A stretch of DNA of 64,000 nucleotides from NCBI RefSeq assembly GCF_030028105.1, contig NC_092374.1:163394432-163458431 (forward strand). The letters are read 5' to 3'. Below are positions 34,490 through 46,116 of the stretch, piece after piece. Position 1 is the first letter of the stretch, and every line of letters starts with the position of its first letter. The DNA comes from Mobula birostris (lineage: Eukaryota). The notes under the pieces were generated by a model, which made no database searches, had not been told where the DNA came from, and worked only from the letters and a program-made list of their open reading frames with translations. The position numbers and the translations under genes were made by a program.

Positions 34490-36045
34490 CATCACGGCGT
34501 ATTCACAGCAATCGGATCTCTGGGACTGAGTCTGCCTCTGTGACTCCGATGGGGACTGGGGAGAAAAGGCGGACTGTGGTGATTGGGGATTTGGTAGGTA
34601 GGAGAAAAGAAAGGTATTTCTGTGGACAAGAACGAGATTCCTGGATAGTACGTGGTCTCCTGGGTGCCGAGGTCCAGGATATCTTGGATCGAGTCCTCAG
34701 CATTCTTAAGTGGGAGGGTGAACAACCAGAAGTCATGGTCCATTTAGGTACCAATGACATGGGTAGGATGAGTGATGAGGTTTTTGCGTAGGGAGTTAGG
34801 TGCCAAGTTAAAGAACAGGACCTCCAGAGTTGTGATCTCTAGATTGCTAGCTGTCCACATGCTAGTGAGGCCAGAACCAGGAAGACTGTACAGTTTAGCA
34901 CATAGCTAAGGAGTTGGTGTAGGAGGGACGGCATAACACTTTAAGATCATTGGGCTCTCTACTAGGGAAGGTAAGACCTGTACAGGAGGGTTGGTTTGCA
35001 CTAGAACTGGAGGGGAACTAATATTTTAGTGGGAAGGTTTGTTAATACTGCACAGTGGGGTTTAAACAAGAGTTGCAGGGGGATGAGAGCCAGGCTGCCA
35101 GAACAGTTAGTGGAGAAGCTGTGGAGACAGATGTCAGTGAGACCCCAGACAAAGTCAGGAATGAAAAGTGGAGAATGATGAGACTAGTGTCCTGAGCTGC
35201 ATATATTTCAATGCAAGAAGTATCGTAGGAAAGGCAGATGAGCTCACGGCATTGATCAACACCTGGTATTATGACATTGTAGCTATTAGTGAGATGGTTG
35301 CAGGAGGGACAGGATTGGCAGTTCAGTATTCCGGGATTCTGTTGTTTTAGATGTGACAGAGAGGGAGGGTTTAAAGGAGGAGGAATGGTGTTACTAGTCA
35401 GGGAAAATATCGTGACAGTGCTCAGTCAAAAATCGCCGTGGCCCTAGCAGAGATATTTAAATCATCCTTAGTGACAGGGGAAGAACCAAAGGATTGGAGG
35501 ATGGCCAGTGTTGTTCCACTATTTAAAAAAGGCTCTAAACTTAAACCAAGAATTTATAAGCTGTTGTGTCTAACAGCATTTGTGGGGAAGTTATTGGAAG
35601 ATATTCTAAGTGAGCAGATATATCCAGTAAGTATTTTGCGAGATCTGGACTGATTAAGGATAGTTAGTATGGCTTCATGCATGGCAGTTCATGTCTAATT
35701 AATCTTACAGTTTTTCAAGGAAGTTACCACTTTTGTGTGTCTATATCAATGAACTGGATGATAATGTGGTTAACTGGATCAGCAAATTTGTGGATGACAC
35801 CAAGTTTAGGGGTGTAGTGGGCAGTAAGGAAGGCTAACATGGAATGCAGAGGGATCTGCATCAGCTGAAATAATGGGCTGCAAACTGGCAGATGGAATTT
35901 AACACAGACAAGTGCAAGGTTTTGCACTTTGGTAGGACTGACTAGGGTAGGTCTTACACAATGAATAGTAGGGCATTGAGAAGTCTGGTAGAACAAAGGG
36001 ATCTGAGAATACAGGTCCATAATTCATTGAAGGTTATGTCACCAT
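34490..36045 (+). mobile_element. Internally deleted CR1: ORF1 SGNH esterase, EN start and RT pieces
   Basis: 'VVIGD..GAEVQD..VHLGTND'; 'CIYFNARSI'; 'DWRMASVVPLFKKG'; 'KFVDDTK'. Confidence 0.88.
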
Positions 36046-37544
36046 AGACAAAACAAACAAAATGTACTGCTATGTTAGCATTATGTTCTTTTGAAATGAC
36101 TAAGAATACTCTCTATAAATTGTGAGCATGTGTAGTAACTAGTAGAATATAATGTTTTCCACCTTACTCAGCAATTTGCATGCTTAATCACTGAAACAGG
36201 AGCTAAATCCCAGGAGTTTGAACTACAGAGGTATGGATATGAGTAACTGTACACCTATTCAAAAAGGTGGGTTTGATCTTGGGTGCAAGGAGCAAATAGA
36301 AAAGAAGGGATGAGAAGGAAGAACTGTTCGCCGCTCTTCCTACCAACAATGTGCCCTTGAACAGCTCATTCATCTTCTGTTTGTAAAATTGTTGTTGTGA
36401 ATAGAACTGGCCATTCCATATAACAATGTATAAAAAGAAACTACATTTTAATTCAGAGGCTTATGTATGACGATATGAGTTCTGCAGGGAGTGGTATTTG
36501 ACCTTTGTTGTACAAGCTAAACATACATATATGTGAGAAATACCAGTCTCAAAATTCACTCGATTTTATTTCTGTGAGAATGAAGTTCAAAAACAGAGAT
36601 CAATGCACATTCATTATGACACGGGGCATTTAGCCGATACCACAGAGGACAAATTTCTACCCACATGATATTCTTTGACTATTAGATCAATTTGTTTAAA
36701 GGTCTTGCAACTGCCAATCATACAACTTGTAAAGCCATTGAAATAAAGTTCCTGAAGTCTACATAATTGCTGAAACAGCAAGGAATTATAAATTGCTTCT
36801 CTTCAGACTGTTTCTGGAACATTAAAGCACAGTAGTTCAATAACTAAAGTTTCCTAGGTTGTCTCTTTCACTTAAGGCCCATTGTGTTAATTCTGTAATT
36901 TACTGCCACGTATAAGCAGGCACCCTATGAATATCAATCAAATAACTCAAGAAATGTTTTCTCATTTATAACCTTGTTGTCACTTAGTTGTAATTGAATA
37001 TTTTTCCCCTGACTCTACTCTCCAAATACATTTAACTTTGGTTGTCTTTAACCTCCCTGTAATGTAATTCATAAGATCTCCAATTGCATTCAAAATAGGG
37101 AAGAAATGGACAACTAAAGTCAAATTCAGGCATGGTTATCTATGGTGAAAACATTTAAGACTTCATAAAGCATAAATCAAAAAGGACACAGGTAAACACA
37201 AGGGCACTGTTTAGGAAATTCCATTCCACTTAAATGATTGTTAAGTGAAATTTCATCAGTTTATCCTGGTAACCATGCGATCACATATGTCTCACAACCA
37301 TAAATTCTGCTGCAGCGACTGAGTGCTCTCGTAGGCGAAAAGCAAAATGGAGTCACAAATCATTGTTCATGAGTATGCAAGTTCCAGCCAATTAGTGTTT
37401 CCTTGTGGTTGTATTTAACCCCCTTCCTTTCATTTCAGTCTTGTGGAGTCTTGACTGAAGCATGGAGACAGCAATGGTCCCTGTTTCTGTATCTCACATT
37501 CCGGGAAAGAAGATTACAATACTGATTGATGCTGCAAAAGCTCA

Positions 37545-39815
37545 CGCGAACTGACAGAAGAGGCTGCACACAGGTAAGGGCAAGCATTTTAAAAAGTAGT
37601 ATTTGCAGATTTTCGGCTTTTTCCAGCAGCCCGATCGTATCATGATTCATTAGCAAGGGCAAATAAAAATAAGGCAGGGATAAATAGAATGGCCATTGTG
37701 TGAAACAGTGTTAGAATGGGGAGGCTTTGGCTCAACAGGCTAAGACATTTGCAAAGCACTGTATCAAAAAAAAAACTTTTGATATCCTCTTCAATGTTAT
37801 TGGCAGCTTAATTTCATATTTCATCTTTTCCATCCATATGGCTTTATAATATTTTGGAAAGCACAGGCAGTATGCTGGAAGGTCGAGAGTGTCAGAGGGC
37901 AGAAGTGAGTGCCATTGCTATTGCCAGAGAGAAGAATGCCTGAGAAGCTGAAAGGTATGAAGGTAGTTATGTCACCTGGACCAGATGGACTACACCTTAG
38001 GGTTCTGAAAGGGGTAGTTGACGAGATTGTCAGAATCAGAATCCGGTTTATTATCACCTGCATGTATCGTGAAACTTGTTAACTTAGCAGCAGCAGTTCA
38101 ATGCAATACATAATATAGAAGAAAGAAAAATAAATAAACAAGTAAATCAATTACAGTATACGTATATTGAATAGATTAAAAATTGGGCAAAAAACAAAAA
38201 TGATATTTATTTTAAAACTGGGGTAGCGTGGAATAGCACTGTAGGCATTCTTGATGATGGTGTAACAATGGTCCAGTGTGTTGTTTCCTCTAGTATTGCA
38301 AGTGATCTGTTGATGGTAATTGCTTAGTGACTTTTTCAGACTGGCCTGGTTAAAATCCCCTAAAACAATGGTGAAGGCATTAGTAATGATCTTTCCAGAA
38401 TCATTTGATTCTGGATTCACATGGTTCTGGAGGACTGGAAAACGGGAAATTGAAAAGGCAGAAGAAAGGAAATTATAGGCCAGTTAGCCTGACCTCAGTA
38501 GTTGAGAAGATGTTGGAGTCAATTGTGAAGGATGAGGTCTCAGAGTACTTGGAGACACAGGATAAAATAGGCCAAAGTCAGCATGGTTTTCTTAAGGGAA
38601 AGTCTAACCAAACAAATCTGTTAGAATTATTTGAGGAAACAGCAAGCAGGGTAGATAAAGGAACGTTGCTGGATGTTATTTACTAAGATTTTTCGGAAGG
38701 CCTTTGATAAAGTGCCTCACAAGATTAGAGCCCACAGTATTACAGGAAATAAATTAGCATGGATAAACTGATTGGCAAGAGGCAAAGAGTGCGAATGAAG
38801 GGAGTTTTTTGGTTGGCTGCCAGTGTCTAGTTGTTTTTTGCAGTGGTTGATGTTGGGATCGCCTCTTTTTAAGTTATATTTCAATGATTTTGTTGACCGA
38901 ATTGTTGGCTTTGTGGTCAAGTTTGTGGACGATGTGAAGATAGGTGGAGAAGTAGTAGCAAGGAGGCTGCAGAAGGAGTTAGACAGATTAGAAGAAGGAG
39001 CAAAGAAGTGACAGATGGAATACAGTGTTGGGAAATGTGTATTCATGCACTTTGGCAGAAGAAATAAAAGCATAATCTATGTTCTAAACAGTGAGAAAAA
39101 TTCAAAAATCTGAGGTGCAAAGGGACTTGGGAGTCCTCATGCAGGATTTCCGAAAGTTTAACTTGCAGGTTGAATTGGTGTTGGAGAAAGCAAATGCAGT
39201 GTTATCATTCATGTTGAAAGGACTAGAATATAAGTGTAATGCTGAAGCTTTATAATTCACTGGTGAGGCCTGACTTGGAGTATTGTGAGCAGTTTTGGGC
39301 CCCTTAACAAAGAAAGTTCAAAGTTCAAAGGAGATTCACAAGATTGATTCTGGGAATGAAAGGGTTATTGTATGAAGAGTGTTTGATGGCTGTGGACCTG
39401 TGCTTGCTTGAATTTAGAAGAATGAGGAGGGATCACATTGAAACCTATCGTATATTGAAAGGCCTAGATGGAAAGGCTGTGGAGAGGATATTTCCTAAGA
39501 TGGATGAGTGTAGTACCAGAAGGCACAGCCTCAGAATGGAGGGAAGTATATTTAGAATGGAGATGAGGAGGAACATCTTTAGCCAGATGGTGGGGAATCT
39601 GGAATTCATTGTCAGAGGCTGTTGTGGAGACCTGGTCACTGGGTGTATTTAAGGCAGAGGTTGGTAAGGTCTTGATTAGTCAGGGCATGAAAGAATACTG
39701 GGAGACGCAGGAGAATGGGGTTGAGATGGAAAATGGATCAGCCATGATGAAACACGGAGCAGACTCGATAGGCTGTATGGCCTAATTCTACCCCTTTGTC
39801 TTACAGTCTTATGGT
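37545..39815 (+). mobile_element. CR1 LINE (putative 5' UTR piece plus RT and 3' end) inserted in the 5' LTR of Gypsy B
   Basis: 'GNYRPVSLTSVV..SQHGFLKGKS', 'KFVDDVK', 'FRRMRRDHIETY'; tail 'tcttacagtcttatggt'. Confidence 0.88.
38030..38385 (-). mobile_element. Internally deleted Rex1-type LINE (EN stub fused to 3' UTR)
   Basis: 'IVLGDFNQASLKKSLSNYHQQITCNTRGNNTLDHCY' followed directly by 3' UTR and (GATTCT)n tail. Confidence 0.8.
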
Positions 39816-39914
39816 ATTAGTTTTGTATTAAATTATTGCTTCTGAGTTGCAATGACGACTTTAGAATTTAGTTTGAGAGTTTTAGCGAGCAGCCCTGTTG
39901 GTGTAGAATTTATT

Positions 39915-40980
39915 AACCACCGCTGCTGCCTTCAACCATATATCCTCAAACTTGGACATCTACACTCATCCCACCTTACCACTGCCTTAACAGGAATAGA
40001 GTTCCTCTTGTCTTCACCTACCACCCCATGAGGCTTTGCATCCAACAAATCCTTCTCTACAATTTTTGCTATCTTCAATGGGACCCTAGAAGCAAACACA
40101 TATTTACTTCACTCCTCTCTGCTTTCCACTGGGATCGTTCACTCCATGATTCCCTTGTCCATTTATCCAGCTGCACTAATCTCTCTCCTGGCACATATCA
40201 CTGCAAGCAACAGATATGCTATACTTGCCCATTTATCTCCTCCATTAATTCCATTCAGGGCCCCAATTCAGTCCTTCCAGATGATGCAGTACTTCACCTG
40301 TGAATCTGTTGGGGCTGTCTATTGTGTTCAGTACACCAGATGTGACCTCCTCTACTGGGATGAGACCTGACATAAATTGGAGACCGCTTTGTTGAGCACC
40401 TCTGCTCCATCCGCCAAAATGGAAATTCCCAGGGGCCAAAGATTTAGATTCCTATCCTCAATCCTATTTTGAAATGTTGGTCCATGACCACCTCTATTGC
40501 CAGAATGAGGCCACTGTCAGGTTGGATAAGCAACACCTAATACTATGTCTGGATAGCCTCCAACCTGATTGCGTGAACGTCGATTTCTCCTTACGGTAAA
40601 AAAAAATTACACCCCCTTCACTCATCCTCTATTCCCCACTCCAGCCTCTTACCTCTTCTCCTTATTTGCATATTACCTTCCCCTAGTGCTCCTCATTCTT
40701 CCCTTTCTCCCATGGTCCATTCTCCTTTCCTATCATATTCTTTCTCCTCCAGCCCTTTACCTTTCACCTGGCTTCATCTATCACCTTCTAACTATCTTCC
40801 TTACCCTCTTCACACCTTTTTATTCTGGCGTCTTATCACTTCCTTTCCAGTCCTGAAGGGTCTCAACACAAGATGTCAATTGCTTGTTAATTTCCGTGGA
40901 TGCTGCCTGACCTGCTAAGTTCCTATAGCATTTTGTGTCTGTTGTTTTAGATTCCCAACAACTACAGAATCTCCTGTGTT
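39915..40980 (+). mobile_element. 5'-truncated Penelope-like element
   Basis: 'RVPLVFTYHP', 'FTCESVGAVYC'; pLTR with degenerate hammerhead motif at ~40848-40880. Confidence 0.88.
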
Positions 40981-41341
40981 TAGTATTTACTATATTTTCT
41001 TTCATTCTGTACTGTGTTAAAACTTAGTGAACTGTTCATTCTGCTATTGTCTCTCTACCTCTGCATTTAGACCATCACTGAACACCCTGTCAGTGAAAAT
41101 CAATCACTAAAATGGACTCAGTGGAGTGAGGACAGCCAATCTCTGCCCTGAATTTCATTGGACAGTTAGAAGAGTCAATAGAGGCTGTGTTGGCAGAAAT
41201 GACTTGTGCAGTGCGACAGCTACATTCAGGGAGGCAAGCCCGGTCCATAGTAAAGTTTGTTGGTCAGATGGAGAAGAAGTTGAAGTCAATGGAGTCTGGG
41301 ATGGCAGAAATGGTTCAAGAATTGCTTTCGAAGTGGCAAAC

Positions 41342-41498
41342 AGTAGTAATAGTAGTAGTAGTAGTCATACTTTATTAATCCCGGGGGAAATTGGTTTTCG
41401 TTACAGTTGCTCCATAAATAATAACTAGTAATAGAACCATAAATAGTTAAATAGTAATATGTAAATTATGCCAGTAAATTATGAAATAAGTCCAGCCT
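41342..41498 (-). mobile_element. Young non-LTR retroelement 3' end with (TAC)n tail
   Basis: Near-identical to 12594-12725. Confidence 0.75.
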
Positions 41499-41841
41499 GA
41501 ACATGAGGAGAAGGTGTCAGCAATGGTGGTTCAGCAACTCTCCACAGACAGCAAGAATCAGTTGGCAGCCATTAATGCTCTCAGTGCTGCTATCAGCACC
41601 AGCAGCTTTCAGCAGTCCCACTCCCACATCTCCCTCTGTAACATGAGTATTACCAGCCATTGATACCTTTATTCCCTTAGTAATTTCTGGATCAGAATCA
41701 GTATTCCTCCACTAGGCAGATGGCTAGTGATTCAGATGGCTGCAAGAACTTTATTAATCAGTGTGAGGTGACTTCTCAAGCCCAGCCAGGTCAGATCAGT
41801 GTGATGGACAGAAACTGGCTTACATGGTGAGTCACTTCAGC

Positions 41842-41920
41842 CAGAGGTTCCCAAAGATTTTCATGCCATGGACCTCTACCATTAACCAAAGGGTCCATGG
41901 ACCCCAGATTGGGAACCCTA
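41842..41920. mobile_element. ~80-bp hAT-like MITE
   Basis: TIR-like CAGAGGTTCCCAA / TTGGGAACCCTA; inner hairpin ccatggacc..ggtccatgg; no clear TSD. Confidence 0.6.
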
Positions 41921-42344
41921 TCTGAGAGCATTGAATAGGCTGAGTGAGGATCTGTCTATGAGAATATGGTTCCCCTGCAGCCCCGTCCTTTTAGCAATTT
42001 GTGGTCGAGTTCAAAAGAAGGTTCAGTCTTTCAGTATATAGTCAGAAGGCAGCCCACTGATTTCTGGATTTGCGTCATGGAAAAGGGACAGTGAAGGTGT
42101 AGACAGTAAAGTTATGTAATCCTAAGGTTGAAACAGGGTGGAACGAGAGATCCGTCATCACTACTTTCCATCGTGGGCTGAGTGCAGGGACTCAGAATGA
42201 GATTGCAGTTCAAGACAGGCTGAATGACCTGATAAATCTGGTCATTCAAATTGACAACTGGGAAATGAAGTGGAGCAGAGAGAGAAGGCTCAAGAGACCT
42301 ACTGCTCAGATCATTATCTGTCTTCACCCTCTCCCTCATCACCC

Positions 42345-44850
42345 ATATATAACCATATAACAATTACAGCATGGAAACAGGCCATCTCGGCCCTTCTAGT
42401 CTGTGCCAAACTCTTACCCTATCCTAGTCCCACTGACCTGCACTCAGCCCATAACCCTCCATTCCTTTCCTGTCCATGTAGTTATCCAATTTAACTTTAA
42501 ATGGCTACATAGAACCTGCCTCAACAACTTCTGCTGGAAGCTCATTCCACACAGCTACCACTCTCTGAGTAAAGAAGTTCTCCCTCATGTTACCCCTAAA
42601 CTTTTGTCCTCTAACTCTCAACTCATGTCCTTTTGTTTGAATCTCCCCCACTCTCAATGGAAAAAGTCTAACCATGTCAACTCTATCAACCCCCCTCATA
42701 ATTTTAATCACCTCTATCAAGTCCCACTTCAACTTTCTACACTCCAAAGAATAAAGGCCTAACTTGTTCAACCTTTCTCTGTAATTTAGGAGATGAAACC
42801 CAGGCAACATTTTAGTAAACCTCCTCTGTACTCTCCCAATTTTATTGACATCTTTCCTATAATTCAGTGACTAGAACTGTACACAATACTGTACTCCAGA
42901 TTTGGCCTTACCAATGCCTTATACAAATTCAACATTACATCCCAGCTCCTATACCCAATGCTCTGATTAATAAAGGCCAGCAAACCAAAAGCTTTCTTCA
43001 CCACCCTATCCACATGAGATTCCATCTTCAGGGAACAATGCACCATTATTCCTAGATCCCTCTGTTCTATAGCATTCTTTAATGCCCTACCATTTACCAT
43101 GTATGTCCTATTTTGTTTAGTTCTACCAAAATGTAGCACCTCACATTTTTCAGCATTAAACTCCATCTGCCATCTTTCAGCCCACTCTTCTAACTGTCCT
43201 AAATCTCTCTGCAAGTTTTGAAAACCTATCTCATCATCCACAAGACCACTTATCTTAGTATCTTCTGCATACTTACTAATCCAATTTACCACCCCATCAT
43301 CCAGATCATTAATATATATTACAAACAACATTGGACCCAGTACAGATCCCTGAGGCACACTGCTACACACCGTCCCCCAATCTGACACACAGTTATCCAC
43401 CACTGCTCTCTAGCATCTTCCATCCAGCCACTGCTGAATCCATTTCACTACTTCGATATTAATGCCTAACAATTGAACCTTCCTAACTAACGTTCCGTGT
43501 GAAACCTTGTCAAAGGCCTTACTGAAGTCCATATAGACAACAACCCACCGCTTTACCCTCGTCAACTTTCTTAGTAACCTCTTCAAAAAATTCAATAAGA
43601 TTTGTCAAACATGACCTTCCACGCACAAATCCATGTTGACTGTTCCTAAACAGACCCTGTCTTTCCAGATAATATACCATCTCTAAGAATATTTTCCTTC
43701 AATTTACCCACCATTGACGTCAAACTCCCAGGCCGATAATTGCCAGGTTTACTCTTAGAACCCTTTTTAAACAATGGAACAACATGAGCAATACGCCAAT
43801 CCTCCGGCACCATCCCCATTTCTAATGACATTTGAAATATTTCTGTCAGAGCCCCTGCTATTTCTACACTAACTTCCCTCAAGGTCCTAGGGAATATCTT
43901 GTCCGGACCCGGAGACTTATCCACGTTTATATTCTGTAAAAGTGCCAGTACTTCCTCTTCTTTAATTGTCATACTTTCCATAACTACCCTACTTGTTTCC
44001 TTTACCTTACACAATTCAATATCCTTCTCCTTAGTGAATGTCGAAAAAAAGAAATTGTTCAAAATCTCCCCCGTCTCTTTTGGCTCAGCACATAGCCATC
44101 CACTCTGATTCTTCAAGGAACCAATTTTATCCCTCGCTATCCTTTTGCGACTAACATAACTGTAGAAACCCTTTGGATTTATTTTCACCTAACTTGCCAA
44201 AGCAGCCTCGTATCTTCCTTTAGCTTTTCTAATTTCTTTCTTAAGATTCTTTTTACATTCTTTATATTCCTTGAGTACCTCATTAACTCCAAGCTGCCTA
44301 TATTTATTGAAGATCCCCCTCTTTTTCTAAACCAAGTTTCTAATATCTCTTGAAAACCATGGCTCTGTCAAACTCCTAAACTTTCCTTTCAAACTAACAG
44401 GAACATAAAGATTCTGAACCCTCAAAATTTCACCTTTAAATGACCTCCATTTCTCTGTTACATCCTTCCCATAAAACAAATTTTCCCAATCCACTCCTTC
44501 TAAATCCTTTTGCATTTCCTCTAAGTTACCCTTTCTCCATTCAAAAATCTCAATCCTAGGTCCAGTCCTATCCTTCTCCGTGATTACAATGAAACTAATG
44601 GTATTGTGATCACTGGACCCAAAGTGCTCCCCAACAAATACCTCCGTCACCTGCCCTGACTCATTCCTTAAAAGGAGATCCAACACTGCCCTTCTGTAGT
44701 TGGTACCTCTATGTATCGCTGCAAAAAACTATCCTGCACACATTTTACAAATTCCAAACCAACCAGCCCTTTTACAGAATGGGCTTCCCAGTCTATGTGT
44801 GGAAAATTAAGATCTCCCACAATCACAACCTTGTGCTTACTACAAATAGT
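42345..44850 (-). mobile_element. 5'-truncated CR1 LINE (EN end to RT, with 3' tail) in Gypsy B gag
   Basis: ORFs 44327-44686, 43646-44188, 42864-43403 and 42505-42810; tail 'atataaccatataac'. Confidence 0.95.
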
Positions 44851-45157
44851 AATCCACCCAGTACACAGTCTGCAGAGGAGCAGAGGCAGGTGGGACACAT
44901 GCACCTATCTCAGGAGGAATGCAGTTTCCTGCCTCTACTGTCACTACCCAGGACACTTCCAGGCATCGTGTCCCAAGTGTCCAGTGAAAAAGGATACCAA
45001 CCAGCAGGAAGGTGAATTCTGAAGGGTGGATTCTCCCGGCAACCATCTTCCCCTAATCGGGCAAAGCTCCCAGCTTCCTTGTTGTGGGGATCTCAGACCC
45101 ATGAGTTTCAGGCATTTACTGACTCTGGGGCAACTCGGAATCTCACGGATATCTGAC

Positions 45158-46116
45158 TCAGCAGGTCAGGCAGCATCAGTGGAAAAGATCAGTCGACATT
45201 TTGGTCCGGAACCCTTCGTCAGGACTGTAGAGGGAAAGGGGCAAAGGCCCTATAAAGAAGGTGGGGGGGAGGGTGGGAAGGAGAAGGCTGGTAGGTACCA
45301 GGTGAAAAACCAGTAAGGGGAAAGATAAAGGGGTAGGGGAGGGGAGGCAGGGAAGTGATAGGCAGGAAAGGAGAAGAAGGAATAGGGGAAAGCACAATGG
45401 GTAGAAGAAGGAAGCGGAACCATAGGGAGGTGATAGGCAGCTGGGGGAGGGGGCAGAGTGACATAGGGATACAGGAAGGGAGGGGGAGGGAATTACCGGA
45501 AGTTGGAGAATTCTATGTTCATACCAACGGGCTGGAGACTACCTAGACAATATATGAGGTGTTGCAGACAGACAGGATCTCCCAGTAGCCACCCACTTCA
45601 GCTCTGCTTCCCACTCCCATTCAGATATGTCCATACATGACCTCCTTTACTGCCATGATGAGGCTAAACTCAGGATGGAGGAGCAACACCTCATATACTG
45701 TCTAGGTAGTCTCCAGCCCCTTGGTATGAACATAGAATTCTCCAACTTCCAGTAATTCTCTCCCCCTCCCTTCCTCTATCCCTATGTCAGTCTGCCCCCT
45801 CCCCCAGCTGCCTATCACCTCCCTCATGGTTCCGCCTCCTTCTACTACCCATTGTGTTTTCCCCTATTCCTTCTTCACCTTTCCTGCCTATTACCTCCCA
45901 GCTTCCCCTCCCCCACCCCTTTATCTTTCCCCTTACTGGTTTTTCACCTGGAACTGACCAGCCTTCTCCTTCCCACCCTCCCCCCACCTTCTTTATAGGG
46001 CCTCTGCCCCTCCCCCCTACAGTCCTGACGAAGGGTTCCGGCCCAAAACGTCGACTGATCTTTTCCACGGATGCTGCCCAACCTGCTGAGTTCCTCCAGC
46101 GTGTTGTGAGTGTTGC
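45158..46116. mobile_element. Fold-back Penelope (minus arm 45158-~45565, plus arm ~45569-46116)
   Basis: Arms are mutual reverse complements; hammerhead motifs at 45190-45227 (-) and 46020-46057 (+), both with G12->A; no TSD. Confidence 0.88.
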
